Source: Phoronis australis (lineage: Eukaryota; Animalia; Phoronida). Taken from it: a stretch of DNA of 64,000 nucleotides. Shown one piece after another: positions 1 through 12,100 of the stretch. Under the pieces are notes generated by a model. The model worked only from the letters and a program-made list of their open reading frames with translations, searched no databases and was not told the origin of the DNA. Position numbers and translations under genes: made by a program. Location: NCBI GenBank assembly GCA_002633005.1, contig NMRA01000513.1, forward strand, positions 186,001 through 250,000, given 5' to 3'. Every line of letters starts with the position of its first letter. The first letter of the stretch is position 1.

Positions 1-119
1 CTACCAGCAGATATTCAATGAAGAGATCGCTGTGAGTGAGTGGACAACAGAGGAGGATCAGCTGCTGTTGGAGGTTGTCAATATGTGTAAAGTGGGAGAG
101 GTCATCAACTGGGCTCAGG
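1..119 (+). CDS. SNAPC4: SNAPC4-like exon (Myb repeat, YQQIFNEEIAVSEWTTEEDQLLLEVVNMCKVGEVINWAQ), 5' partial
   Basis: WTxEED Myb motif; donor G|GTAAGT at 120. Confidence 0.85.
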
Positions 120-3100
120 GTAAGTAATGAGGGAGGTGGGAGGGGCTGGGGGCGGGGCTAGTTGTGGCAGTGGCAGGTCTGTTGGTGAGGCTATTGGTGG
201 ATGTTGGAGGGGCTATGGTGGGGCTAGTCAGGAGGTCGGAGAGGCTGCGAGTGGGGTACTGGTGGGATTTGGAGGTCCCCTGGTATGGACTAGGTGTGTT
301 AGGTAGGAAGGTCTAGTGTAAAGGTGGGAGGGGTTTGTGGTGGAAGTTTGATTGATGTGGAAGGGACTGTCAATGAAGCCAGTGGTGGAGGTGAGAAGTG
401 TTGTGAGTGGACAATGTGGTGGGAGTGGGAGGGACTGTGGTCGGTGCTTGTGGTTTAGGTGGAAGAGACTTTGAGGTGGTAGGAGGTTCTATGAGGTGCC
501 TGTGGTTCAGGTGGGAGGGGCTGTGAGGGGCCTATGGTGGAGGTTGGAAGAGTTATTTTTGTGCGAATGATTCTTGTAAACTCAACAGGGTGACTATTTC
601 TGTTGGTGAGTCTCTTTCACCCAGTCGCCATGGTGATGATACGTGACTATATTCTAAGCTGCTCAAGACTTCTGGCTGTTCTCGTTTTACAGAAATTAAT
701 GCAATATGTGTGGCGATGTCTATGTTACTTTAAATTTGTCTTGATATTAGTCAGGAACACTTAACATGTGAAAGAATTATTGATGACCATTCCGGGTATT
801 GATAAGAATCTTTTTATGAATGTCTTATATATTTACTCCTTTACTATATGTCTGGCTAATATTGTTTTACTCTGACTAACTTTTCTCACTCCGTATTCTT
901 TTAGTGAATTACTACCTCGAGGGACACGATGGCAACGACTGCCGTCGCCGTTACTTCAAGATCAAGCCGGACTTAAAGCGAGGTCGCTTTTCACTCGAGG
1001 AGGACGAGGTAGGGGTGGCAGGGGCAGTTAGGGGGCTAGTGAACTTGTTATTGGCCTTATGGGATGCATTATTTTTTCACTTCTTAAATGGCTGGTAAGG
1101 GCTGTTCCAGTAAAATCCGTGTGGGAGGGGGGGGACGGCAGTAGAAATAAAAATTCATGGGTGGTTGTCTTCAGAAAAAAACACAAATTATAGGTGGTCG
1201 TTCCTGTAAGAAGTGATGCATTAAAAATGGGTGGTATTTTTTGACCTATTAATGTTCACAGGTTGGTTACTTCAGCCCTCAAAACTCAAAAAAATGCATA
1301 TATCCTAACTTATCCCAATACAAAAAAGCCCATATTGCCAGTGAACAGAGTGCAATATGTTCACTAAACCATTAATCAAGTCATGGGCAACTTGATTTGA
1401 GCCAACTGTTTGTCTGCAGTCCTATTGAATTGAAAAGTTATGCAACACTAAACTGGTGTTAACACATATAAGAAAATTGATGATTTTTAAATAAAAAGTA
1501 TGAGGAGTAAGATAAAAAAAATAAACAAGTTCCAATATTCACTTGATATAGAAGTATAAAAGAGTTCGTGGAGACAGTTCATAGATCCTTATAAATGAAA
1601 AAATGTTCATTGAAATTATAGACATATGGTGAACAGAGACACCTGGTGGCTGCCAAAAGTATTGCTCACAGGCTACTTTAGTTTTTGACAATATTGGACA
1701 AGACAACTAGTTCTTGTCTGTCAATCATCTAAGTTCTTAACAGGTCCTCCTGGAGGCAATTTGTTTGCAAGTGTTGGATTTTATATTTTAACCTATTAAA
1801 AATAATTAAAAAATTATGGGTCATGGGTTGGAGAAATAAATGAAAAATATGGGCGGTGGGTACGAAATAAAAGTGCCTTCCCCCCCTCCCATACAGATTT
1901 TGCTGGAACAGCCTTGACTGGATTCATATGGAACTTTTTCGTAATCAATGGTAGTATGCTATCATACATTGTTCTCCAATATGTTGTTAGTAATAATGCC
2001 TCGTTTTGTGTAGTAATGTTCTGTTGCCAAATGAAATACATTACATTCAAGTTAGGTCTGTCTGCCTGAAATATCCGGATTTATTTCCCATTCTTGCAAA
2101 ATGTCAATAACTTCCATACAAAGTATACGGAAGAACGGCTGGAGGTGATATTTCAAGCTCATGATATAACATTTTTCTTGGAATCGATCGTTAAATACGC
2201 CTAGATTTAATGGAAAGTTTTGCTCTAGAAAACATTCAAAAATGAAAACATCGTATTAGAGGCATTACATGATTATCTACCACCAATGTTTGCTGTTGTC
2301 ACTTTTCCGTGGTCAACCGTTGATGTTAACAGACCTGTTTACACTTTATAATATGAATTGACCATAAAGTTTGTGGAATTTCCTCCTTTAACAGTATTTT
2401 GATAGGCTACCAAATTTTTGTTTACCACTGTTTCCTTATGATGGCCTTTGGTTCTAACCTGACCTATTCGATAAACTGCGACATGATCAACATCACTCGA
2501 GAAATCCGGTATGTTCCACCAGTTAATGGACCAATCAAAACGCAAACTTTTGGATTTAACCGTTATCGTAATTTATTGTTTGAGTGGGTTGACATGTTGT
2601 GTTTTGATCGTGAAGGAAGATGTGTTTTGAATTAAGTGATGAGTAACAGGAGTCAATGCTGGGCGCAAAGAAAGCTTGAATTGGACACTGTTACCACCAC
2701 GAATGCCAGCAGATTTGGCCGTGTTTTGAGCGGTCGAAAGGCCTTTTCACATACAGTTAACTTCGGTCCCTATAATCAAATCAGTTAATCCCGAACTTAA
2801 GCGTGAGTGTTCACATCAACTTCAGAGCATAGTTCACCGAAGTTCTTGCAAGGTGGCGCTAATATGACCTTCACCTTTTGCAATTATGGACGGTGCGCTC
2901 TCAGCTGCGTATGTTACACAAACGTTCAGTAATGTTTTATTTTTTTAGGGAAGAATCCAGTAAACATGTCTATATAGTGAAACAGAAGGCTTATACTGCT
3001 AAAATAACAAAAATGGAACAACATATTAACCAGTTACTGCCCGCTGTTGGCAAAGGCAGTGACACCTGCCAATAACTCCAATGGCATCGAACTTATTAAG

Positions 3101-6100
3101 TGATGTCATTATACCGAGGCATCAGCGTTTCACTGTTAAATCCAACTCTTAACTTCTGAGTTAACTTGCGCGGTTAACGATGAAAGTACGGTGTTCCCAC
3201 TCACCGAGGCTTCAGAGACAGTGAGAATGGTTTTAAAAACTAGGGAAATCCTTAATATGTAATATATTATGGTAGTAAGAAGTTAAAAGTATTTTTGTTA
3301 GATGTGCGAAATTGACTGTTGGGTATTCAGAGTGATTACGCAATCACGCAAAAATATTGACAAAAATCAACAATTAATATGAAATGCTCACACGTTACTG
3401 TAGACATGTTGTAGGGGTAAGTAGGTGTGTGTTAATTGTAGAAATTTTAATTTCAGAAAATCGTGGCTGCGGTCAAGAAGTTTGGACAACTGTGGCAGCT
3501 GGTGGCCACGGAGGTGCCTGGACGCAGTGGTGACCAGTGTCGGGAGAGGTGGAGCGAAGCATTGAGCGACGACGTCCGCAAGGAACCATTCACCTATCAA
3601 GAGGACCGCATCATTTGGTTACTGCATAATACTCCAGATCCACGTAAGGCACTTAAAGCTTTTGTATCATCTATGGTTCGTGTAGATGTACCAGTACGAC
3701 AATGTAGTCTTCAAAATAAACTGGACTAACTTCGATAGAACTCTCTCAGACTCTTTCAAACCGTGACAAAGTTATTGTCAGAATTGTAATAGTTTGTTCT
3801 TTAAACTTCTGTCAGAAAAGCGTTTTTGCCAATATTTAGTCAGAGTTTAATGTGACGTCGTTGCGCTTTTGTTGTCACAAGTTGTTTATTTATGAATGGA
3901 CGTAACTGACAGTGAGGGCAACACCTGCTGAGATTTCGTCAATATTTACCCAGAACTGAAATACATTCATGCTGAAAAGAAATTATCGTGGCTTTGAGCA
4001 ACGAAACTTTATCAAATTTCGACATTGTCCAGTTTATTTTAAGAACTTTGTATACACAGCTATGTATTGTAGACACTGAATGTGATAGAGGGAAAGGTTA
4101 TGTTCACTTGATCCTTGATCTAGATAGAAGAATGAAGAATGAATTAACATGCACATTGTTAATCTACACAGGTTTATAAATCTTAACTTGGTGTTACCAG
4201 TGCTTCCATCTTTTGTCACTCAGCAGAACTACCTGTGGTCAACTGAAGAATGTTTTGCAATTTTCTAGTTAGCATGATTTTGTTTGTACAAACTCAGTTG
4301 TCTTCATCCAAGCATGTTGCAGCCATCAGTTCAATTTTTCTAAAATCTCAGCTTGATGTTGTTAACGATTACCAAATAGGATGTGGTTAATATTTGCCAA
4401 CTGCCATTTCTGACAACAACGGGGCTGGGAATTTTCCTCTTTTTATGAGGATTTTTCTCTATTTACTGTCGTTTGATTTCCCATTTCCTCTTCTTCCATC
4501 TTTTATCATTATGTTGACTTTATTCATCAGTTAAATTTTAAAACGCAAAAAATACTTCTTTCACTCAAGCCTATTTGTGGAGTGATGCATCAGCTGGAAG
4601 AAAAACATCCTCTTTTTTTGTCATTGGTAATTCTAAGCCCTGTAGCATTTAGTTTCTAATGTGAAGCTTTTATGTTGATTTGCAGCTAAATGGTCGACGA
4701 CTGCTAAGATGATAAAAAGGACAGACGCGCAAGTGATGCGAAGGTTTTTGCAAATGAAGAACTATGAAGAACTCAACACACACATCAACAGGGGCATGGT
4801 AGGGTCTGACTATGGCTTGATAGGGTGTAATAGGGACAAGCTAGGGTGCGGCATGGGCTTGATAGGGTGTGACGGGCAGGGCAGGGTCTGATGGGTGAGA
4901 TAAGGTCCGGCAGGGGCGTGATTGGCGCTGATTGGTACAAGGTAAGGTTGAGAATTGCAGGCTAGGATCTGACTGGAATCAGATGCTGTCTGAGTGGCAG
5001 AGTGCTGTCGGACATGGGTGAGATTCGGAATAGGAGGGGTAAGGTGAGGTCTCGCATGGGCAAGGTAAGAGTCTCCAGATCAAGTTTCGAGGGCAAGGTA
5101 AATGTCTGACTGATGAAAGGTTAGCTCTGGTGAAGCCAAAGTAATTAGCATTATATGCTCTGACAGCAAGATAAAGTCTGGCATGGGCAAAATTGTGGAA
5201 TTTAATGTTCATTCTTATTCAGAAGACAGATGATCTATCATAATGATGTCAGACTGTTTCAAGGACTGCTGTGTCATCTGGTGGCCATGTGGTCAGTTTG
5301 CACCTGCCTTTCTCCATTATTTTCACTCAATTCCTCAAAAGATCTCCATTAAATTATTTCCAATTGATGTGTGAGTTCTCATTCAAGGCTTTGCTATTCA
5401 AAAACCATAGGGGTAATGCAGTTATCTTCTCAGCCAGGACCATAAACCTTTTGTTGACCTATGTTTAGTTACAAAATCCAACTGGGACAGTTGTATGACT
5501 GAGCAGGGTTCATAAAGAACTGGTTTCACTGGCATTCACTATTTGCACAGTCACATAGGTGGCTCTGGAAAAATGGCTGTTGTGCATAGTTTTTAGGACA
5601 CAATGCTTTATTTTAGCATTTTAGCAACACAAACGTGAAAGCGCCCGTGTTCCAAGCGTGAGAAACCCGTTTGAACACACCACCTTGTTTTCAAATGGCA
5701 AATTATTGCAAGTAGTGAATTGCATGTCAGTTTCAAAAGGCCTAGGAATTGTTTTTAAAATGTCTCGGAGTGTTTTATTACAAACTCAAGAGTTACATAC
5801 GAATTTGAAATTATGAAAGCTTAGTAAACTGCAATCATGATAGCTTAGAAAACGTAACTTATCCTTTTTGAGAATCTAGAACCATGGCCATAATATTCAA
5901 TCCATACTCAGTTTGGTTTGCCATGATTATAAAATTTTCGTTTTAACTAAATTTTACCAAAAATACACAGTCAATGGCAGATTGGTATAAAGTAAAAAAT
6001 CGTGTTCTACAGTCCGTCTGCTTTCAGAAAGTAGTTTTTTCCTCGAGTTAAATTCTGAATTTCGAATATAGTCAGCTAAATAGAATTACACAGGAGCAGA

Positions 6101-9100
6101 AGACACCTTTGTGCAATGCTCAATGGTCAGCCATTAAAGCAAGGATTTGCAGCCGGGTCTCCCAAATGGAAGTCCGTAGCTCAAACCACTGAGCCAGACT
6201 GTCTCCTTGACCGTAATCGCAATAGTCGTAAGTCTTTCGTTGATTCGTTGTTAGTGGTAGTGTATGTGTATTTTTGGCTGTTTCAGCGATGTTCAATTCA
6301 AGATCTGGAAAACAAACGAAAGCGCAGAAACAACTCTAAGGGCATTCTCTGTGACCTCTCTTTGATTGGCTCTGTAAGTATGTCGACACTTCATCTACTT
6401 AATCTATGGAAGACCAATAGTCCTTAATTCAAGATGTTATTATCCTTTGGTTACCAAGGATTTGAGTAGTAGATCCATGGAGCTGTAAACGCCTTGATGA
6501 TCGCAGAATTTTTTTTATTTTTATGCTTACTTAAAGGAAGGAAAATTATCAGTGGAATGCAATACACCGAATCTAATGCATACAAAGATAAAGGCCAGAT
6601 GTTCATATTAAACACTCTGGCGTTTTAACTTCAAAGCACTCTTGCAGTTTAACAGATAAGTAAACAACGTCATGTACTTTGTAAGATTATCTCTACCACG
6701 TTCAAGAGGAGCGGAAAACTCATGGTTTGTATGCTAATTGTGAAAATGACGATGATTGTAAATTGTTGCCTAAGCTTAAACGTGATGAATTGTAATCTGG
6801 CAGGTTGTTCTAGACCTTCAGTCGGATTTTGCCTTGCTCGTAGGAAGAATCCCATTGTGGTTTGGATATGACACGCATCGTTGTCCTTCTACGAGATGTA
6901 GTTCAATCAGGTATTGTTTCGGTTGCAGGAGGAAGAATCGCCTTATTCATCTGTGGAGGCGTTCCTCAACAGCACCATCGCTCATCTGGATCAGAGCAAG
7001 GTTGCCAAGAAACGAGAGGACGAAGTTATGATGAACCAGGACCTCAAGGCTGGTAAGGGGCTCATGTAGACTCAGTGTGTCCTCAGTGTGTTCTCAGTGT
7101 GTTCTCAGTGTGTTCTCAGTGTGTTCTCAGTGTGTGGTTTATATTGAGATGAGTGGGTCATGTGGAGCTAGAGTATTGTCAGGGTGTGCTTATATTGAGA
7201 TGAAAATCGAAAACAAAATTAATGTGTAATGTGTTGAAATCAGGCTGAAGACTTTGTTACTAGATTTTGGGAGATACGTGATGCACAAAATTTTCACAGT
7301 TATTCAAGAATTATGTTTTCTGAAGTCGGTGTTGTTGCCCCATGCTGTACTCAATAGGTCAGCGGGAAGTTTCAAACTTCAAACTGCAGTAAAGCAATAG
7401 GATGGTCCCGGATAATAATCTCGTTTATCCAGTCGGTAGGAAAATGTGCTGTTACATTCATTGGTTTCGTTTTCCAAATATCCGACTGATTCTAAGAATC
7501 ACGTCCGAAAATATTTCATCCACGGATACTTCTCAAGTTTATCCGACTTTTTGCCGCTGGTGTTGCAGCCCACAGAACAACAATAAAAGTTCGCCGGCAT
7601 TGAAAGGTTGGATGCAGTTGAGAAAAACTTGAGAATAGCAAGGCACGAACAAATAACACAAAACACTCCAATGGCACGAAAATGAGGCTAGGAAACTGCT
7701 TTACGGTGTTGCATTATTGTGAGGGTAAATTCCGTGATATTCAAGTTTTGCTGTGTAATCCAATGGGAAACAAACTTAAGTGTTTCTAAAAATTTTAAAT
7801 CGAAACAACAGTTTGCCCTGCCAGTGCTTCATGGGCTTGTTGAATTTCCTGTTCCCACAGTAGAACAATGAGATTGAGTTAAACTTGTCAAAATTCACCA
7901 AAAGGTGGCGCGACAAGACTCTGGAATTTGATTGGGAACTGGTTTCTATACATGCCACCTTAAGTCAGTTTTCAAAAATGCATTTTATGACTAAATGTCT
8001 ATAATTTCTTTCGACTAGAACGCATTTCAGTTCGTACAGGTAGGTTCTACTCAAAATCTCGACAGGTTGGGTTCGTAACACTTTATCGAAATCTCAACAA
8101 ATTGCCCTGCAAGTTGATTACGGCTATGCAATAAGCAGCTTGATGCAATAACGTCACATCAAACTCTTTAAGTTTGACAAAAATGCCATTTTATTGACAC
8201 GTGTCAAATAATCACCTGCTCCATAAAAGTCTGTTTAGTTGACAATCACCTATTGTAGAAGAGAGGGTGTCGCTAATTGTTAACTGTGATTTAAAGCGAG
8301 CGCTTGACTTTCAGGCGTAATCATACCCCGCCCGCCATCCTACACGCACAAACGACATTACCGCAGTGTAAACGATCACCGAGAGCTGGTGAAAGACATC
8401 ATCCGCGCCAAGGCTGCTGAAATGCAACTGAGAATGCCAAACAAAAGTATTGCGTCGGTGTTCACGCCTGCAAATATCATAGAGAAGCTGGTGCGTACAG
8501 AATGGTTTCAGTGTCTCGTTTCTTCAAAAGTCATATACCGCGTTCACACGCCGTCCAGTTAGAAGCTATTTTTGGGGTGACAAATCGTCCTCCTTACCTT
8601 GAGAAGGCCGTATTCCATTGACGGTGATCGCATGTGATTGGCCCCCGAAATTAACGTTTTCCACATTATGTTGTGTGCTTAATGTTAACATTTTTCACGT
8701 TGATGATGTATTTATTACTCGTGAGATAGTTCCTCCTTGTGTGCAGTCGTATTAAGAAGCTGTTGTGTCTTCTGAACCTTATTCATTGTAGTTGAAAGCC
8801 AACTTGAAAATATTTTTGGCACTCTGTTATTGTTGTATGCTTTATAATGTTGCGACTTTTGCTCATCGACATCCAGTCCAAACTTGCACTTGACAATCCA
8901 TAGATTCGAACTGCAAACTGATGGAAAATAACTCAAGATTGCCAAGTGAAAAATCACGATTTCGTGCTCAAAACTTAACTTATTGATGCTGGGGTCATCA
9001 AATCCAAACTCGAATTAGATGACCGTACACCTGAGTCATAGTGTACATAAGCGCAAAATAACAGACAGACAGAATGATAGCCTCTTATCTCGAGTTCGCT

Positions 9101-12100
9101 CAAAAGTAGAATTCTATGGGAAATGTCAAAAATAGGCTTGAGTACAAAAATTATACCCTGGGTCATGGTCAGGTCCCTTTTGCATGCTCATAAAAATTCC
9201 TCGTGTGAACACGGTATTTGATAATTACATTATACTCATGTACTGGTAATACTTCTCTCAGTAGACTGGACAACGCCAAAGTCTTGTGATGCCAATTTAT
9301 CACTAAATGTCAATTTTGTTGTTTTAATTGTGCATAAATAGTTTATAACACAATCTCACGTAAACTCCTCTGTCTACTCAAAGACCAGCATGCCGATCCC
9401 TACCCTTATGTTGCTGGCATCCCTTAAAATGATTGTTTGTCAAAATCGTTACATTCCGGTATGCATATTTCAGTGCAGTAACCATCGAAAGTAATCAGAC
9501 AACACTTAATTCGCTTAACTCCAAGAAGTACCACGAAATCTTATTTCACTGCCTTCTTGTCAGGAGTGCTCCTGTAATCTCTGGAAGTTAAACGAAGATT
9601 TTGATTGCGTGGTATCATATTCATGCTTTTGTTAATGTTATCATTGCCGCACCACATAAGCAGTGTAAGGTGGAAGATACAGGGTGAGTCAGTGACACTG
9701 CACAAAAGGCTTTGCGAAGTCTAGGAATTTTGTAGTAAAGCTAGTACAACTAAAATATCCCCACGTATAGAGCGTTGCGCTCTTTCTCAAGGGTGTGCTG
9801 CAGACTCAAAATTTTGGTTTGTTATAAAATTTTCAGTTGCCAATTACACCATATGGTAATCCACTGCGCTCTTAATATTATTATGGGAATCAGGGCACAG
9901 CTTCTTGACAAAAATGTGTTTGTCCGATATTTTTGATGCCTGCTGTACCTACCTTTTTGCTTGTGGCACAAGCTCATTGGCTGAAGTTTTTAACTAGCGT
10001 GCACTTTTACGAGTTATTTATTTTTGCAGCCAGAGCACATACAACGGAAGATTTTTGCTAAAGAGACATTGTCAAGAAAACGGGACATTCACAGCATCAG
10101 CAAGGCAATCAACCAATTGGCTGATTCGACACGTCCATGGTTACCTGGGCGTCACGAAAAGGACAAGGAGGAGACGGAGATTGACGAGCAGCTGTCTTTC
10201 ATTTTTAACTCCACCTTTATACAAAAGGGGAAACTTGGTCGGCGTTCCTATAAAGTGCCTGGTAAAGGTTTTAGTGTTTGAGATGCATGTAGTGGGACAA
10301 AAATTCAGTCGGAAAGTTGATGAGAAACGGCAGAAATATTTTTGAAAATTTGCTGAATTTTGATGACTAGAAATGTTGTCTCATTCTCCTTAAATGACCA
10401 ACTGTATTCTTTTGCTGCCAGTTTTCATAAAAAATGCTGCGTTTATTTTAAGACATGAAAATGAATTCTGATGGTTGACAGCTTCATTACCAAAAGGTTT
10501 TACTCAAGACAAGATGCTGTGCTTCATATCGACGTTTCCATGTTGCTCAATGTTATCTGCAGTCATATAGTTACTGGACTAATGCAGTAATTATGCTGTA
10601 AAAATGTTTAGGAACTTTTCATTATCCTGACCACTAGAATGTGTTATAACTGACTGACTGGGCTTAAGAGGACGACAATAGTCCTTTGTTGACTTGACTC
10701 CCTCTTAAAATTGCCACTGGTGATGAAATGGCCTTCTCAGGTGTAAAATTTTTGGACCAGGACAACACCTGTATTAGGTTGTCAATAGGTGAGGCATTTC
10801 ACCTGAAGCACTATGATGCAAAGAGGTCATTTAACCAGAATATTTGGAATACAAACTAGAGCTGTGAAAGAGGTTGCTGTAGCATGCACTGTTATGTCAA
10901 GTAATTGATTATTTTCTCACCTTTGGACTCATTTATTGTATCTCTGTGTACTGACTGTAATCCTGATGATGAATAGTATTTTAGAAACGTCAATATGAAG
11001 CACAGCAAATATCACCGTGTACAACAGTCTTGTACCTGATTAATTTCGAAACACCATTTTCATATTTCACTCGACTAGCGTTGTTTTCGTTCTCCATTTC
11101 TTGCTCAATCATTTGGCCAAAAACTGATATGAAGTACAGCGTCTTGTCTTAAAATTTGCTATTTAGCTTTTTACTGACCACCTGGCCTTGACTGACATTA
11201 TCATGTCTGGCATTATGGTCATGTTGTCTTGTTCATTCTGATGCCCATGCCTTTGCAGTGACCGAAGAGCAAGCTGATTTTCAGATGAACCAGGCCGTGG
11301 CACTGTACATTAAGGTAAAGGTCATGACCTTTTCCCAAAGTTGATTGTTGAATGACTAGTGAATTAGGTCATATTATAACTGACTCTCTCTTAAATGTTA
11401 TTTGGAGACCATCCACTTTCTATAATTAAGCTGTATTGATGTTATCTAGGCATTGAAAAACAAAAATTTGATCAAAACTAATTTCTGACATTTAGACACA
11501 GAGTAAGTGCAACACAATCGCACACACTCACATGTCGTGATGGTTAATGTGCGCCACCCTTTGGTTAACACGGCTACTAGAAAAAGACACCAAATTGTAA
11601 CCAGTGTTGCCATAGTTACTACACACACAATAATTTGCTATAATAGTACTTAAATGTCTTATGCTTTGCTATCTTCTAGACTCTTGATGTAGACATAGAG
11701 CAAGCAAAAGCCTCGAGGGATTCCATGTGTGATATCGAAGGTGTCCCCATTGAAGACGAAACACCGAGCACTAGCCGTGAAGGGACAGACAGCGCACCTG
11801 TTGACCAATCTAATAACCAAATCTCACTAGAAAGTACAGAGGGCGACGCTGTTCCAGGTGAACCGTCTGAAGCTATATATCTTCTCCGCGAGGCACTGCG
11901 GCCCTCAGAATCTGAATCTTGCACTTCGCCTTTAGACGTTTCGCCAAGTAAGCGGCGACGTTTAGTGGGCCAGCCTGTCAGTGGCACGCCACGGTGTCCC
12001 GTAAAACTTCTTGATAGGGTGGATGCAGCCGCCAAAATTGTTTTTGATAAAGACGACCGACGAAGCATCATGAGAACTTCGCTGCCTCCCTCTCTGACAA

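Noticed and set aside
7071-7135. CRISPR-like array
   Set aside because: Head-to-tail 11-mer with no spacers, in eukaryotic context
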